IMG/VR virus record: IMGVR_UViG_3300037502_002629
DNA: 64,000 bases
From: an uncultured virus (IMG/VR IMGVR_UViG_3300037502_002629)
Taxonomy: Duplodnaviria > Heunggongvirae > Uroviricota > Caudoviricetes
Direction: 5' to 3' (one strand)
Shown here: positions 1-12,300 of the stretch, in pieces
How the letters are laid out: each line of letters opens with the position of its first letter
Numbering within the stretch: position 1 is the stretch's first letter
The notes under the pieces: model-generated
What the model was told of the DNA's origin: nothing
The model's input: only the letters and a program-made list of their open reading frames with translations
Databases searched by the model: none
Program-made: the position numbers and the translations under genes

Positions 1-1
1 C

Positions 2-3000
2 TTAGGTGTTTTAGGTATTCTTCCTAAGATATCAAGTGACTTTACAAAAAAACAAGCGTTATGGGAGTTTGGTAAAAGTACTTTAAGAGGGGTAACGCGT
101 ATTGAAGTAGCAGAAGGTATACAGGAAAATTTACAGGAAGGCACTAACGAAGGTCTTATTGACTATTATTATAGTATCTATAAGAATGACGTAGCAGACT
201 GGGGGCAAAGTTTTAATGAAGCGCTTGCTTCACAAACTACAAAGCAGGGTGCAAAGACCTTTTTGATGGGTGCTCTTACTGGTATTTTTTCAAGACCAGG
301 AATGATGGCTATTGAGAAAATACAAGAATCAAAGTATCTTAATCCTTCATATGCTGCTCATAAAGAATCAGTGGCAGAAAGCTTAGAGTTTTTAAATAAA
401 TTCTATGATCCTAAAAATATGGAAAATACCATGAAGGAAGCTGTTAAACAGATTAAACTTCAAAGTACTTTTTCAGAAGCGATGGTTAGTTCAATATCAC
501 TTAATGATAAACTTCAGTATTATAATAATCATGACTCTGCTGTAATTAAAGCAATAATGCACGCTAAACGTACTGGTACACTTGATACGTTAACTGCTAT
601 GTTAGGCGGATATGGTACTAACTTTAATGAAGCGCAGTTTAAAGAAGCCTTTGGATATACACCTAAAGAACTAGGTAAAAGCAGTGTGTCTGATGTAATG
701 AGCAGTATTGCTGACTCTGCTCAAAAATACAGTGACATATACGACAAGTATAGTACTAAATTTAGTCTTTTACTAAGCGCAGGAGATTTGATAAAAGATC
801 CTAATGCAAAAGCTAAGTTCGAAGTAAGAAAAGCTGCGTTATTAGATGCAATATCCACCGTTGCCTTTATAGGATCTAAATCACAAGCTGTCTTAGACAG
901 AGCGGCTAACATAGTACAGCGTCTTGCGAAACACGAATCAATTGGTCAAAGTTTGGCTACTTCATTCCAAACTTTAACAAACAATGACAAACTATCCAAT
1001 AGTATATTTTTACTTGAACAGGAGATACGAACCTTAGAGTCAGCGCAGACTGCTGGGACGCCTGTTGATCCAGCGACTAAAGAATTAATAAATAGTAAAT
1101 CAGAAGAACTGGCATTATTGCAGGAAATCCAAGAAACAATGTTTCAAGCTCTTCCGCAAATAAATCCAGAGACTGGTGGTGTTGAAATGTCATATGTGCC
1201 AGATGCTTTTTCACTTGGGCGTGGAAGACTGGGTTATTTATCTCAGATAATGAGTAGATATTTTACTATCAAAAATGCTCAAAATGGTAATAGTACTGTA
1301 GTTACAAAAACTGATGTAGACGGCGCAATACAGGACATATATGATTATATGATTTTAGGTAGAGACCATCAAGAGTATAGTGATGCTGTCAACATGCTTA
1401 ATGATCCTGAGACTTTTGGCAAGTATCATGAGCGTATTATGGATGCCAGAGTTGCAGCTCATGCCAGATTATTTTACGATGACATTCAAAAACTAGCGGA
1501 GATAAGCGAAGTAGCTAAAAAGTGGGTACAAGATAACCAGGATATTTTGGATAAATTGCTTAAGTTCTCAAAAATGCCCAGTGGTACTTATGCTAATTTA
1601 GCTGAACTAGAAAAAATAAGAAAACTAATCTTAGAGAAAACAAAAGAATTTAGGACTGGGGCAGCTGCAGCAACTGCTAAACCTGCAGAATCAGCTGGTT
1701 CTATGACTGACGAAGAACGAGCTGCGATTATTCAAAAAAACAAACAGGTTAAGCCTGCTGCTGATTTACATGATAATCCAGCTACGCGGGATGAAGCCAA
1801 TGAGTATATGGCGTCTAGATATGATCTAGAAGAGATTGAAAAGAATTTTTCTTTTACCAGTACTGATCCAAAGCTAAGAAGTGTAAAACGTTATTACTTT
1901 AATGAAAAGGGTGAACGTGTGCCTTATGGTACTGTAACTGTTGCTAGTGAATGGAATTTTGGACTAGGTAATGTTCCCGTAGATAATATGGAGTCTTTGC
2001 TTGAATACTTGCGCTTGATTGAACAAGGTATTTGGGAAAACCAGCAGGCAGCAAAGGCAGAAGCGCAAGCAAGCGAAGCATTATCTGCTGAGGTAACGCA
2101 ACAGCTTGACCTGGAAAAAACAGCCCTTGCTAATTATATAGATCAACCTGTGATCTTCAATGGTATGTTGGCTACTTTAAGGAAGTCAGGTGATTTATAT
2201 ATTGTTGAGTTTGAAGACGGTTCAAAAACAGTTTTAGGGAAAGACGAGGTTGATAAGCCTCTAACACTCAATGACATAGTTGAACTATCCTTAGCATATA
2301 GTGAGTTTACACCAGTAGAAAAAGAAGCTGTAGGTCATACTGAATCTACCATTATTGACGTAAATCAGGAAGGAGTTGTTACTATTGAGATAGATGAAAC
2401 TCTTGACCACGCCTGGATTAATGGCATAAAGTGGACCTTTGTTAAAAATGAAGATGGATTGGTAACTGAGTTTACTTCAGTTATAGAAAAGAAAAAAGGC
2501 AAAAGTGTTAAGCGGGTTTTATTAAGACTAGGTCCCAACAATCCTAAAACTATTGAGTACGCTGCAAGGATCAATAGAATTCTATTGTTAAACAAAGAAC
2601 CTATATCTGACAATATTGATGAGTTGCTTGATGAAATAGAGGTTCTTAATAATGCAGAAACTATTATTGATCAGTTAATTGCTGAGGAAACAGATCCAGC
2701 AAAGCGATCTGATTTAATAGTAGCTGAGTATCAAGTAAATAAGATTTTATCTTTAGACAATAATCCTAGAATTCTTGAACTGAAATCTAAGTTTGACAGC
2801 GGTACTCAACTATCAGAAGATGAACTGCTTGAGTTAGCGGTATGGGCTGAAGAAACATATGATAAAATTAAAAAGACTTTTTCTTTGTATATTACTAATC
2901 CCGTACTAAATTCACATCTTCAGATACTGCAAAAACAGTATATTAATCCTATAAGTGACAAACTCTTTAAAAAAGATGTCCCAAGAAAACCAAGAAGTAA

Positions 3001-3385
3001 AAAGTCTACAGCAGCAAGTACTTCAAAAAAGAAACGTGGTGAGCAACAAGCTAAAGCTGCTGAGCGCAGAAAACGCAAACCAAGTGCTGCTGAACCTAAA
3101 GAAGGAGCTAAACCGAAGAAAGACAGAAAGAAAAACATAGTTGATACTGTTAATCAACTAGAGTTAGACTTTACTGAAAAGGCCACTAAAAAAAGAAAGA
3201 CAAAAGTCAATAAGTCTGCAAGCTCTAAACAGATCTTACCTATTGTAGACTCAAAGAAAATAATCAATAAAATGACTAAGAAAGAAGTCAAAGGGATTAG
3301 TGATGCTATTGATACAGCACAAGAAAAACCTGATGACAGTAATCCCTTTGCATCATTGACTTCTAAAAAAACCTGTGAAATATGA
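2..3385 (+). CDS. Giant putative virion cargo/ejection protein, 5'-truncated by the window
   Basis: The frame is open from position 2 (LGVLGILPK...EGIQENLQE...), so the true start lies upstream of the window. The protein is largely helical/coiled with a Lys-rich C-terminal part. It is the first of three giant adjacent genes, as in crAss-like RNAP blocks. Confidence 0.75.
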   Translation, partial: LGVLGILPKISSDFTKKQALWEFGKSTLRGVTRIEVAEGIQENLQEGTNEGLIDYYYSIYKNDVADWGQSFNEALASQTTKQGAKTFLMGALTGIFSRPGMMAIEKIQESKYLNPSYAAHKESVAESLEFLNKFYDPKNMENTMKEAVKQIKLQSTFSEAMVSSISLNDKLQYYNNHDSAVIKAIMHAKRTGTLDTLTAMLGGYGTNFNEAQFKEAFGYTPKELGKSSVSDVMSSIADSAQKYSDIYDKYSTKFSLLLSAGDLIKDPNAKAKFEVRKAALLDAISTVAFIGSKSQAVLDRAANIVQRLAKHESIGQSLATSFQTLTNNDKLSNSIFLLEQEIRTLESAQTAGTPVDPATKELINSKSEELALLQEIQETMFQALPQINPETGGVEMSYVPDAFSLGRGRLGYLSQIMSRYFTIKNAQNGNSTVVTKTDVDGAIQDIYDYMILGRDHQEYSDAVNMLNDPETFGKYHERIMDARVAAHARLFYDDIQKLAEISEVAKKWVQDNQDILDKLLKFSKMPSGTYANLAELEKIRKLILEKTKEFRTGAAAATAKPAESAGSMTDEERAAIIQKNKQVKPAADLHDNPATRDEANEYMASRYDLEEIEKNFSFTSTDPKLRSVKRYYFNEKGERVPYGTVTVASEWNFGLGNVPVDNMESLLEYLRLIEQGIWENQQAAKAEAQASEALSAEVTQQLDLEKTALANYIDQPVIFNGMLATLRKSGDLYIVEFEDGSKTVLGKDEVDKPLTLNDIVELSLAYSEFTPVEKEAVGHTESTIIDVNQEGVVTIEIDETLDHAWINGIKWTFVKNEDGLVTEFTSVIEKKKGKSVKRVLLRLGPNNPKTIEYAARINRILLLNKEPISDNIDELLDEIEVLNNAETIIDQLIAEETDPAKRSDLIVAEYQVNKILSLDNNPRILELKSKFDSGTQLSEDELLELAVWAEETYDKIKKTFSLYITNPVLNSHLQILQKQYINPISDKLFKKDVPRKPRSKKSTAASTSKKKRGEQQAKAAERRKRKPSAAEPKEGAKPKKDRKKNIVDTVNQLELDFTEKATKKRKTKVNKSASSKQILPIVDSKKIINKMTKKEVKGISDAIDTAQEKPDDSNPFASLTSKKTCEI

Positions 3386-6300
3386 GTTGTTATATACCTG
3401 TTGCAGATCTAACTGATTCTCTAAAGGCTGCATACAAACATGATTTTGCTAAATACCGCGATTTATCTGCGGTTATTGAATCTGTAATGAGTTTGGATTT
3501 AGAACCAGAAGCTAAAATACATGCTATATGGTTTTATGCGGGATATGTAAACTCTGCAGCTTTAAAAGAGTCCAGGCTACAAACTGAGGAGTGGAAAAGA
3601 GGTGTTTATCAAAACATACATAATTATTTAGAGCCCTATATTACAGGTAAAGATACATTTGATTACGAAGAACTTTCAAAGAAGATCATAGAGTTTTTCC
3701 CCGACAAGACTATTGAGCCAGAAGAATTAACACTTGAAGATCAAATTAGAAATGCAATAAATGAGTTAGCGGTAATACCCGATGAGTCAGTTGATATTGA
3801 AGCTGCTAAAACATTAAAACTGATTACAGACAATAGAGCCATTATAGATGAAGTTGTACTTGATCCACAAAATACACTTGTTCGCAGTTACCTGTTACAG
3901 TTGCGTAATGTATTGGCTGCGCGCCTTGTGCAACCAATCACAACAATTGTCAAAGTCGATAATGCTATAAAGGACAATGATAGCTATTATTCTCAGGCAG
4001 TTGATTATATAAACATGAGAGAGCAGCCTGGCATAGGTATACATAATGGGCGACCTATGTATGTTTTAAGGCGCAAAGATGGGCAAGTATATGAAGTGTA
4101 TTATGATGATACTGTACAAAACAAATATAGATACTATAGTCCAGGCACTATTTTGCATGATTCAGTGGTTATGTTACAACCTGGAGATCAAGTATTTCAG
4201 TTTTATGATAAAAAAAATGATGCTAAAGTTAGCCCTAAAGATTCAAGAGTAATACGAATTCAGCCAGAAGAATTAGTAACTGGTCTTTCACTAGGTCAAC
4301 GCACAAATGTTGATGATGAAGATAGGGTATCAGTGCATCAAAGAATCGCAGATACCACACCCTCTGACAAAGGTTTTTATGCAGTTATAAAGATAAATGC
4401 AAACAAAAACATGCAAGCGCTTCATCAAAAGCGCAGAATGCGTATTCTAAGTAACTTTCCCAATATTCGCAGAACAATTGAAACAAGCGAGCGACCAAAT
4501 CAGGTACAGCATTTAGAAACCAGATCTGAGCCTATATTGAGTATAGCTCGAACTACTGATGACTTTACAGTTACAGTAACGAATCATGATAACACCTTGT
4601 CTTTTGACTTAGAAGTTTTTTCGAATTATGCCTTAGTCTATCCTGACAATTCAGTAGAAATGATAGACGTAGAACGTCCTGATCATTTAGAAATCCTTCG
4701 AAATCAGGTTGAGATAAAAAAAGGAGACGGATATCAGAAACTTAATGACGATGATATAAAACAGTTTGTAGATGCTGTTAGACGATATAATGAATTTAAA
4801 GCTGAAGTACTTGCTCAGATGGAAGCAGTAGGTTCAGATAATATCGATATACGTGGGATATTTTACAAGTATTATGATTTAACTAATTCACTTACCAAGG
4901 TAGAGCTTAGTGATAAAAATATAAATGATCAACCGCTGTCAGAACATATTGATAGTATGAATGGTCGTTTACCTGTTAAAATCCAAAAGTACGACGACAA
5001 AGGAAATAAGATTGGAGAACCAGAGATTATTAAATTGCCTATTGTACTGCGTAAGACAAGAGACGTTTGGATGGTAGAAAATACGCTACCTGAAAATGCT
5101 AAGTTGGTAGACGAGAATGGTAAAGAGTACAATTCTATTGATATATATTCAAACAGTGTACTGAAAGATGCAGAGGGCAATCCTTTATCGCTTACTGAAT
5201 ATGTTAAAAGTACACCATTTCATACTGCAAGACAGGCATTATATGTAGCTTTTGAAGTTAATCCGCGGAATCCAACTGCCCTTAAACCTATTTTTAAACC
5301 ACTGGTTTATCAACAAGAAGCTACTTCAAATGAAGATTTGATCAACTTGTTTGTAACTATGGTTCAAGCATTTAACAATGCTTCCATGGTTGAGGGTAAT
5401 ACTACAGTAGCTGACTGGAACAATAAGTTTTGGGGATTTAATGTAAACAAGCAAGGTATCAAACCTGATGTTGTTTTAATGAGTGTGAGTGGGCAAAAGA
5501 AAAAGTTTGGTATCAAGTACGTAATGATATCAGATCCCACGAAAAATACACCAGAACAAGTAGAAGCATTTAATAAGTATTTCGGCGCTAAGGAGAGAAT
5601 ACTTCCAATATACCCTGAGCTGGTAGATAATATAAATAAAATTGTAAGTGATCTGTTTGAGTCAGCAAATATGAGTTTGCCAGCAACTGCTTCATTACAG
5701 GAAGCAGCTCTTATGGCTAGACAACTTAGTAAAATTGTAGGTGATAAAAATCCTGCAGTAAGCAGACTTCGATCAGCTTTAAATGATTTAACCAATAGTA
5801 TTAAGAATTCAAACGAAAATCTACTACAGACTTATCATTCAGACATAGCAAATGGTAAGGTTCCTGAAGTAATGAATGAAACATCAGAAAAGTATGCAAT
5901 ATTTGATGGTAACGTATTAAAATTATATAGTCGTGGTCTTAAGCAAAATCCACTGGCTTCGTACTATACACTTAAAACAACTGACGAAAAAAAACTTACA
6001 CTCACTTATCGTAATCCTCTTAAGCCTGTAATTATACCTGGATTAGTCAAACCTAGACCAAGTATACAAATGGGTCCTGTGGCTGTACCTGTGAGTGGAG
6101 AAATCATAAATGATCCTGGTACATTGGCAGAACCTCCTGCAGTTCCAGGAGGAATTATACCGCTATCAAATGATCCTTTTAAACTAGTACAGGCTTTAGA
6201 ATCTTTTATTACACTAAGTCCAGAGGAGTTTGATAAAGAAATTGAAACTATCAAGAGGTTACTACCTACTGCATTTAAGTTTACTACAGAAGGATTTGAA

Positions 6301-9300
6301 GGATTGGATGTAGACGGTGATGCGCTAGGTTATTTGCGTGGATTATTTATCCATCTTAACAACACACTCAGGGGTAAAGGGGTTGCATTTCATGAAGCAT
6401 TCCACGGTGTGTTTCGCAATATACTGTCGCTTAATGACCAGAAATATTATCTCAAACGAGCAGAGCGTGTATTGGGTGATTATAAATCTGATGATAAAGG
6501 AAAGTACATTACAGTTAATGATAAGAAAGTATATGCTAATGAGTTCAGGCAGCAACGCCGCTATCTGCATCTAAACGATGAACAAATTAAGTATCTGATA
6601 TATGAAGAGTATATGGCAGATGCTTTTGCTGATTTTATGGATAGTGGTAAAGCGCCGCAAACCTGGTTGGAAAAGTTATTTGCATACTTACGTATGTTTA
6701 TAAACTTCTTTAAGAAGAATAAAGAAATTGAAAATCTGTTTTATGATATCAGCTTAGGTAAATTTAGAACTGCTACTGTAACAGAACGTCCTTCAAATGT
6801 AGATACAGTTTATAGTATTAAAGACTATAAGGGACTACCATCTATAGTTTCTAACCCTTATAATCAAGATCAGATTGCACGCAATTATCAGGTAGTTGAA
6901 TCAGCTATAGTACAAGAGGTTGCTGATAGACTTGTGGCTGAGATGGCAGCGTTAAAAGTAACTCATCCTTCACTAAAGGAAGCTGATTTATTTGATATAG
7001 CGCGTGTTAATGTTTTAAAAGAATATCAACTAAGTTCTTTGATTGAGCAAGCGCCTACACGCGCGGCTGATATAACAAATGCATATTCAAAGCATTATGA
7101 TACAGCGCAATGGTTACTCGGTGAGTTTCACTTATCACAGCGTGGTTTTAAGTTTTTGAATTATACAAGTAAGAGTGAGTATGATGGTCTAGTGGTAGAT
7201 CGCGGGTCTTATCCTGATATACTTGCTGAAAGTCAAAAAACACACGAATCATTTAAAAAATCTGTAATAAAGGATTATAAAAATGTAGTAGTTGATGAAG
7301 TAGACGTTGATCAGGAGCTGCTGAACGCTACAGAAAATGAAGAAAAAAGCGAAGAGGAATTAGGTGAAAACTTCAGAGAAACAAGTTTCATATCTGCTGC
7401 TCCAGGTGAAGGTAGTGCAGAATTCAGGAAAATGTTTAAGTATGTCACTTATGAATACATTGATCCAAGGTTCGGAATTAGAAGAAAGAGGACTGTTAAC
7501 TCAAGAGCTATATTTAATACGATTCGTAAAATAACTACAAATCTTGATAAGCTAGACGTTGTTCCAAGAATCCTAGAAGAGATAAATCATCTTAATGATA
7601 TCATCGATGATTACAATATAAACATACGTACTGAAATCGGTGCTGATTATGTAATACCCAAAAGCTACTCAGATCTGTTAACATTGCGCGACAGTTTACA
7701 GGCTGTTTATGATACATTAACTAAAGCAGTAGGTCTAGAGGAAGGGTATCCAAGCAAAAATTTGCATGTATTTATACAGTTTGTCAATACGTTTTCTACA
7801 ATTGACGCAAAGCTGATGCAGGTTCAGTTGGCTACTACATTAGAAACACCAGAGGATAAAACAAAACCAGAGGTTGTTGAACAAACGTATAAGTTATCTG
7901 ATATAGTTATTGGTACTGACCTAAATAATATACGTCAGGATATTAAAGGGAGTATATATAGATTTAACTTATCACCTGAGAAAGCCAAAGAACAGCTAGA
8001 TGTGCTTTCTGAGCTTGGGTCAATCTTTGACGATGTAGCCAAGATGCAAGATCTTTTTATTGCAAATGGCAAACTAAATGACGCAGAACTTAAAAAATAC
8101 ATTAACAGGATATATATTGCTATAGCCAAGCTTAATCTGGATATACCTTATACGGTTGTAGATACATTGTTTGCCTATCAGGTATATAGAAAATTTAATG
8201 AGATCTATTTTGATACTTATGGCACTACATTAAAGGCTGATGACTTTTTTGCTCCTAGTAGTTCCTATAGAGTTATATTGAGAAACAATAAAGATTACTT
8301 TAATCAGTTTTCTAACCTTGAGTATAAGTTTTGGTCCAATACTATTAAATCGGCTATTGATGCGCGTTTGGCTGTACCAGCTGGAAGTGGCACTACTGAA
8401 CAATTAGAAAAACAACTTTCCAGATTATCTGAGGGGTATATTAAATCAGCTGGGGAGTTTATACTTAAATATGACCCTAACTTGGCAGCGTCTGTTACGC
8501 GTAATGCTAATGGTGATATGGTTGTCAAGTACGTTAAACCCACACCAGCATATGTAGCATTGATGAAGCTCCAGCGCAACGCGGATATTTCTACAGGACT
8601 ACAAGAGTTCATTGAAGACTATTTTCCAGGATTCCAAGGTTACTTTGCTGATAATCCAATGTTTGATTTAAGCAAAGAAGAAAACAGATTGTTTTTAGAA
8701 AATCTTTCGGTTTCTGCATTTGGAGGGTTTTCACAAACTATAAAAATTGATAATAAGACCCCCGTTAAAAATGATCCCACTACATTTAATGGGATAGATG
8801 ATAAAACATATGCTCTGGCTATGTTTGGTATGTTTGTCAATCGCACACAGCGATTAGTACCAAATCAAAAGGAAAAACTTATTACCTATAAGAGAATAGT
8901 TACGCAGTACGAAGCGACAAGTACATCTATAGTAATTGATGCTAAGTATAAGCGTTATGTTGATGCTGCAGGTAATCCAACAAAACAAAATGATAGAGTA
9001 GCATTTGTTGATGATTTATTGTCAGTTGTTAAACAAGAGTATAATCTTATAAAAAAGAACTTTCAAGAAGAACGCACAAACTCAGCACCAAAGATCTATA
9101 AAGACTATAATGATAGTACCGGTGCTCGACGCGGGTTTACCTTCAATATTTTAAGAGACTTTTTTGTAGTTGGTGATACAAGTGTACAGGAGAATGCAGT
9201 CGACAATAAATCTCAGCGTATTGGACTTAGAAGTAATTTAATAGAAGAAGCCAGTAAAAACACAAGCTGGGAAGAACTTCTAGCGAATAATCCAGATCTA

Positions 9301-12300
9301 CTTTCTTTATTAGAACAGCAACTAAATTTGTTCGGAAGAGAACAACTACAAATATTTAGAGATAAATTGACTCAGTTGGGTATAACTGAACAAGATTATC
9401 CCATATCTGATTTGTACTTGAATGCATCGCGCAACATGGTTGCTGATATGTTTTTTAATAACTGGATTAATGGTATGCAGGTTAATCAACTTTTTGATGG
9501 TGCAATTGCTGTTGGTATTAAGAACTTTGCTGACTTCTTTAAAAGACAAAAAGCTGGTGCAGCTGCTGGTGAAAACATATATAATCCTTTCAGATCCAGT
9601 CTTGGTCGCACTAAAACATATCGTGCTGCAGTGATGCAGGAAATTATCTTTTATATAGACGATAATGATTTAACTAAGCCAGCCAAATTAACACCATATA
9701 ATGGACCAGGTGAAAAAAATAAAGCTGTTAAAATATTTGATGGACAGTCAGTTAATACAATAGAGCGGCGTATCAAAATTGCAGAATCTCAAGGACAAGT
9801 CGATTACGATGCCCTGGAAATTCTTAAGAAGATGCGTTATATGTTAGATAGTTCACCAGAATATTCTAAAGATATCATAGCACTGCGTAATCGAAATATT
9901 TATTTCAATAGCTTAAAAACAGTTGCTGCTGCTGGATTTCAATACATTAAACAATCTGAGCATACGCTTTTACGACGTGACGTAAGTGTAATAAGAACAG
10001 ATATTAATAAAAATGTTGCACAGCAAAGATTAAAAAATCTGTATGAAAATGCAGATATATATGCTGAATTTTTAGACTTGGGTATTACCACTATGCTGGA
10101 GGATCCAAAAACAGGGGAGATGCGTCCTGTTGAAGATCTGTACAAAGAGACTATGTCTGAAATACACAGCTACTTTGTTCCAATGAAGGGTAGGGAAGCA
10201 TTGCATGTTATTCTCAATAGCATGGAAATGGATCGTATTGAGCAGCTCATGGATCCTAATGCAAGCAAGAAAGCTACTGTTAAACCAGTTAGTGTAGACT
10301 ATCAGTCTATCGAAAGTGGTGAAGGCTATCTTGATCTACAGTCAGCATTAGAGAATGTACCCACTGACTTAACATATATTCAGGTTGAAACAGGTGGCAT
10401 TACTACTAAAGTAACACAGGGTATACAGCAGAAATTGCTGATTATGGCCCAGTTAAATCCCAATGATCCTCAGTATGCTGCAATTAAAAAGGATATTCAA
10501 GGATATAGAGATAATTTATCTGCGGCTGTTAAATCAGAAGTTACACGTATACAGCGTATGCTGGATACAAATAATACTGATGTAATAGGTAAAATCTATA
10601 CAGCAATTGCAGATGGTCTAAGAGAACAAGGTGCAGATCCAACTATACTGCAGTGGTTTGAGCTAAATCCAGATGGAACACCCAAGTATAGTCCCGCGAA
10701 TCCTCTAATAACTAATACCATAGTTTACTATTATTTTAGTCTTTTTAATAATGGTATATTCAATAAAAAGATAGCAGGTGACAAGTTTTACCACGTTAGT
10801 CCATATGGATATAAGATTTTGGAAACTAGTCGCGGTGACATTATCACACATCGTGAGTACAAAAAGAACCCAGATTTATATAAGAACGTTAATGCACGAT
10901 ATCCTAGTCTACGCAGGGAAGAGTACGATGAAACTGATCCAGTAACAGGGATAACTGAGAAAAAAGTAAGATACATTGCAGAAGCTATTATACCTGCAAA
11001 GCTCAAGGAGTTAGATCAAACTTTTGTAGAAAGATACCTATCAGAATTTTTTAGCACGCGTATTCCTACTGAGGATAAGCGATCTATGATTGTGGTAAAA
11101 GTGGTAGATTACATTGACGAGGCATATGGTAATAGTATAATTGTTCCTTTCCAGCTTCACATGCTTTCGGGGTCAGATTTTGATATTGACTCCTTATATG
11201 CACATATGAAGTCAAGTTACAAGGCTCCAGATGGTACTCGTGATGGTACTCGTGTTTTGTATGGTAATTATGCTCATTATAAGAGTAAGTACAAAATGAC
11301 GGAGAATGATGCTAAATTTATAGAGTATCTGATCTACATGTCTAAGGATGACATGGTTAAACCTTTTCTTAGTGAAGAAATACGTAAAATAGACGAGCAA
11401 TCAAGTTACAAAGCAGAACAAGCTAGAATATTTGGAGATACCTTTGGTGGACAAATAAAAGACTTTTTCTATGAAAATGCTGCGTTGTTAGAAAAAGAAG
11501 AAACAGAGGATAATGCAGAATTGATTGATGATTTTAAAAAACTGATTGCCACGTTTAATGTACTACAAATCTTCAAAGAGTCTAATCTTCCAACTTCACC
11601 AGCATCTTTACAGTCATACATTCGTACTACTGGAACAAATCCTGTTGTTAATGTTATTCTTAATGACATAGTTCAGAATAAAATAAACATATTGTCTAAC
11701 CCTAAAGTGTTTGATAGATTTTTACAAGCAACAAACAATAGGGCAGATGCAGCTACAGAAATATACGAGGATCTGGTGCGTAGAAGGGGGATGACTGAAA
11801 CTGAAATATACACAAAACAGAATCTTTATACTCCCACTGCTTTAATTGTTGCTCGTTCTATCAATGCAGAATCTAAAGATTCGTTGGGTATAGCTGCTAG
11901 TTTTAACAAAGGCGTGAGTATGCTCAATACTATAATGGCTACTTTAAAGAAGCCAGTAGGTACGGTGTACATAAACGATGGCAAGACTAAAATTAACACA
12001 GATAAGATTGTAGATGATGCTGTTCAGTTAGTAGGAGGTGCAATAGGACTTTTTGCTGATGCTCCTAAAAATCCATATCCAGGACCACTGCATTTAACAG
12101 ATACCACAACACCTGTAATGTTAGGTATGTTTTCATTAGGGTTTCCACATGCTGGGGCTATAATGTTTCAGTCTATACCTGTTATTAAACAAGTATTAGA
12201 TAGGTACATACAGCAGTATGGCAGTTCGTATCGCACAACAAGCGGTTTTGCAATAAGTAAAAAGAACTTTTTATCGGGCATTATTGCAGATGCTATAGAA

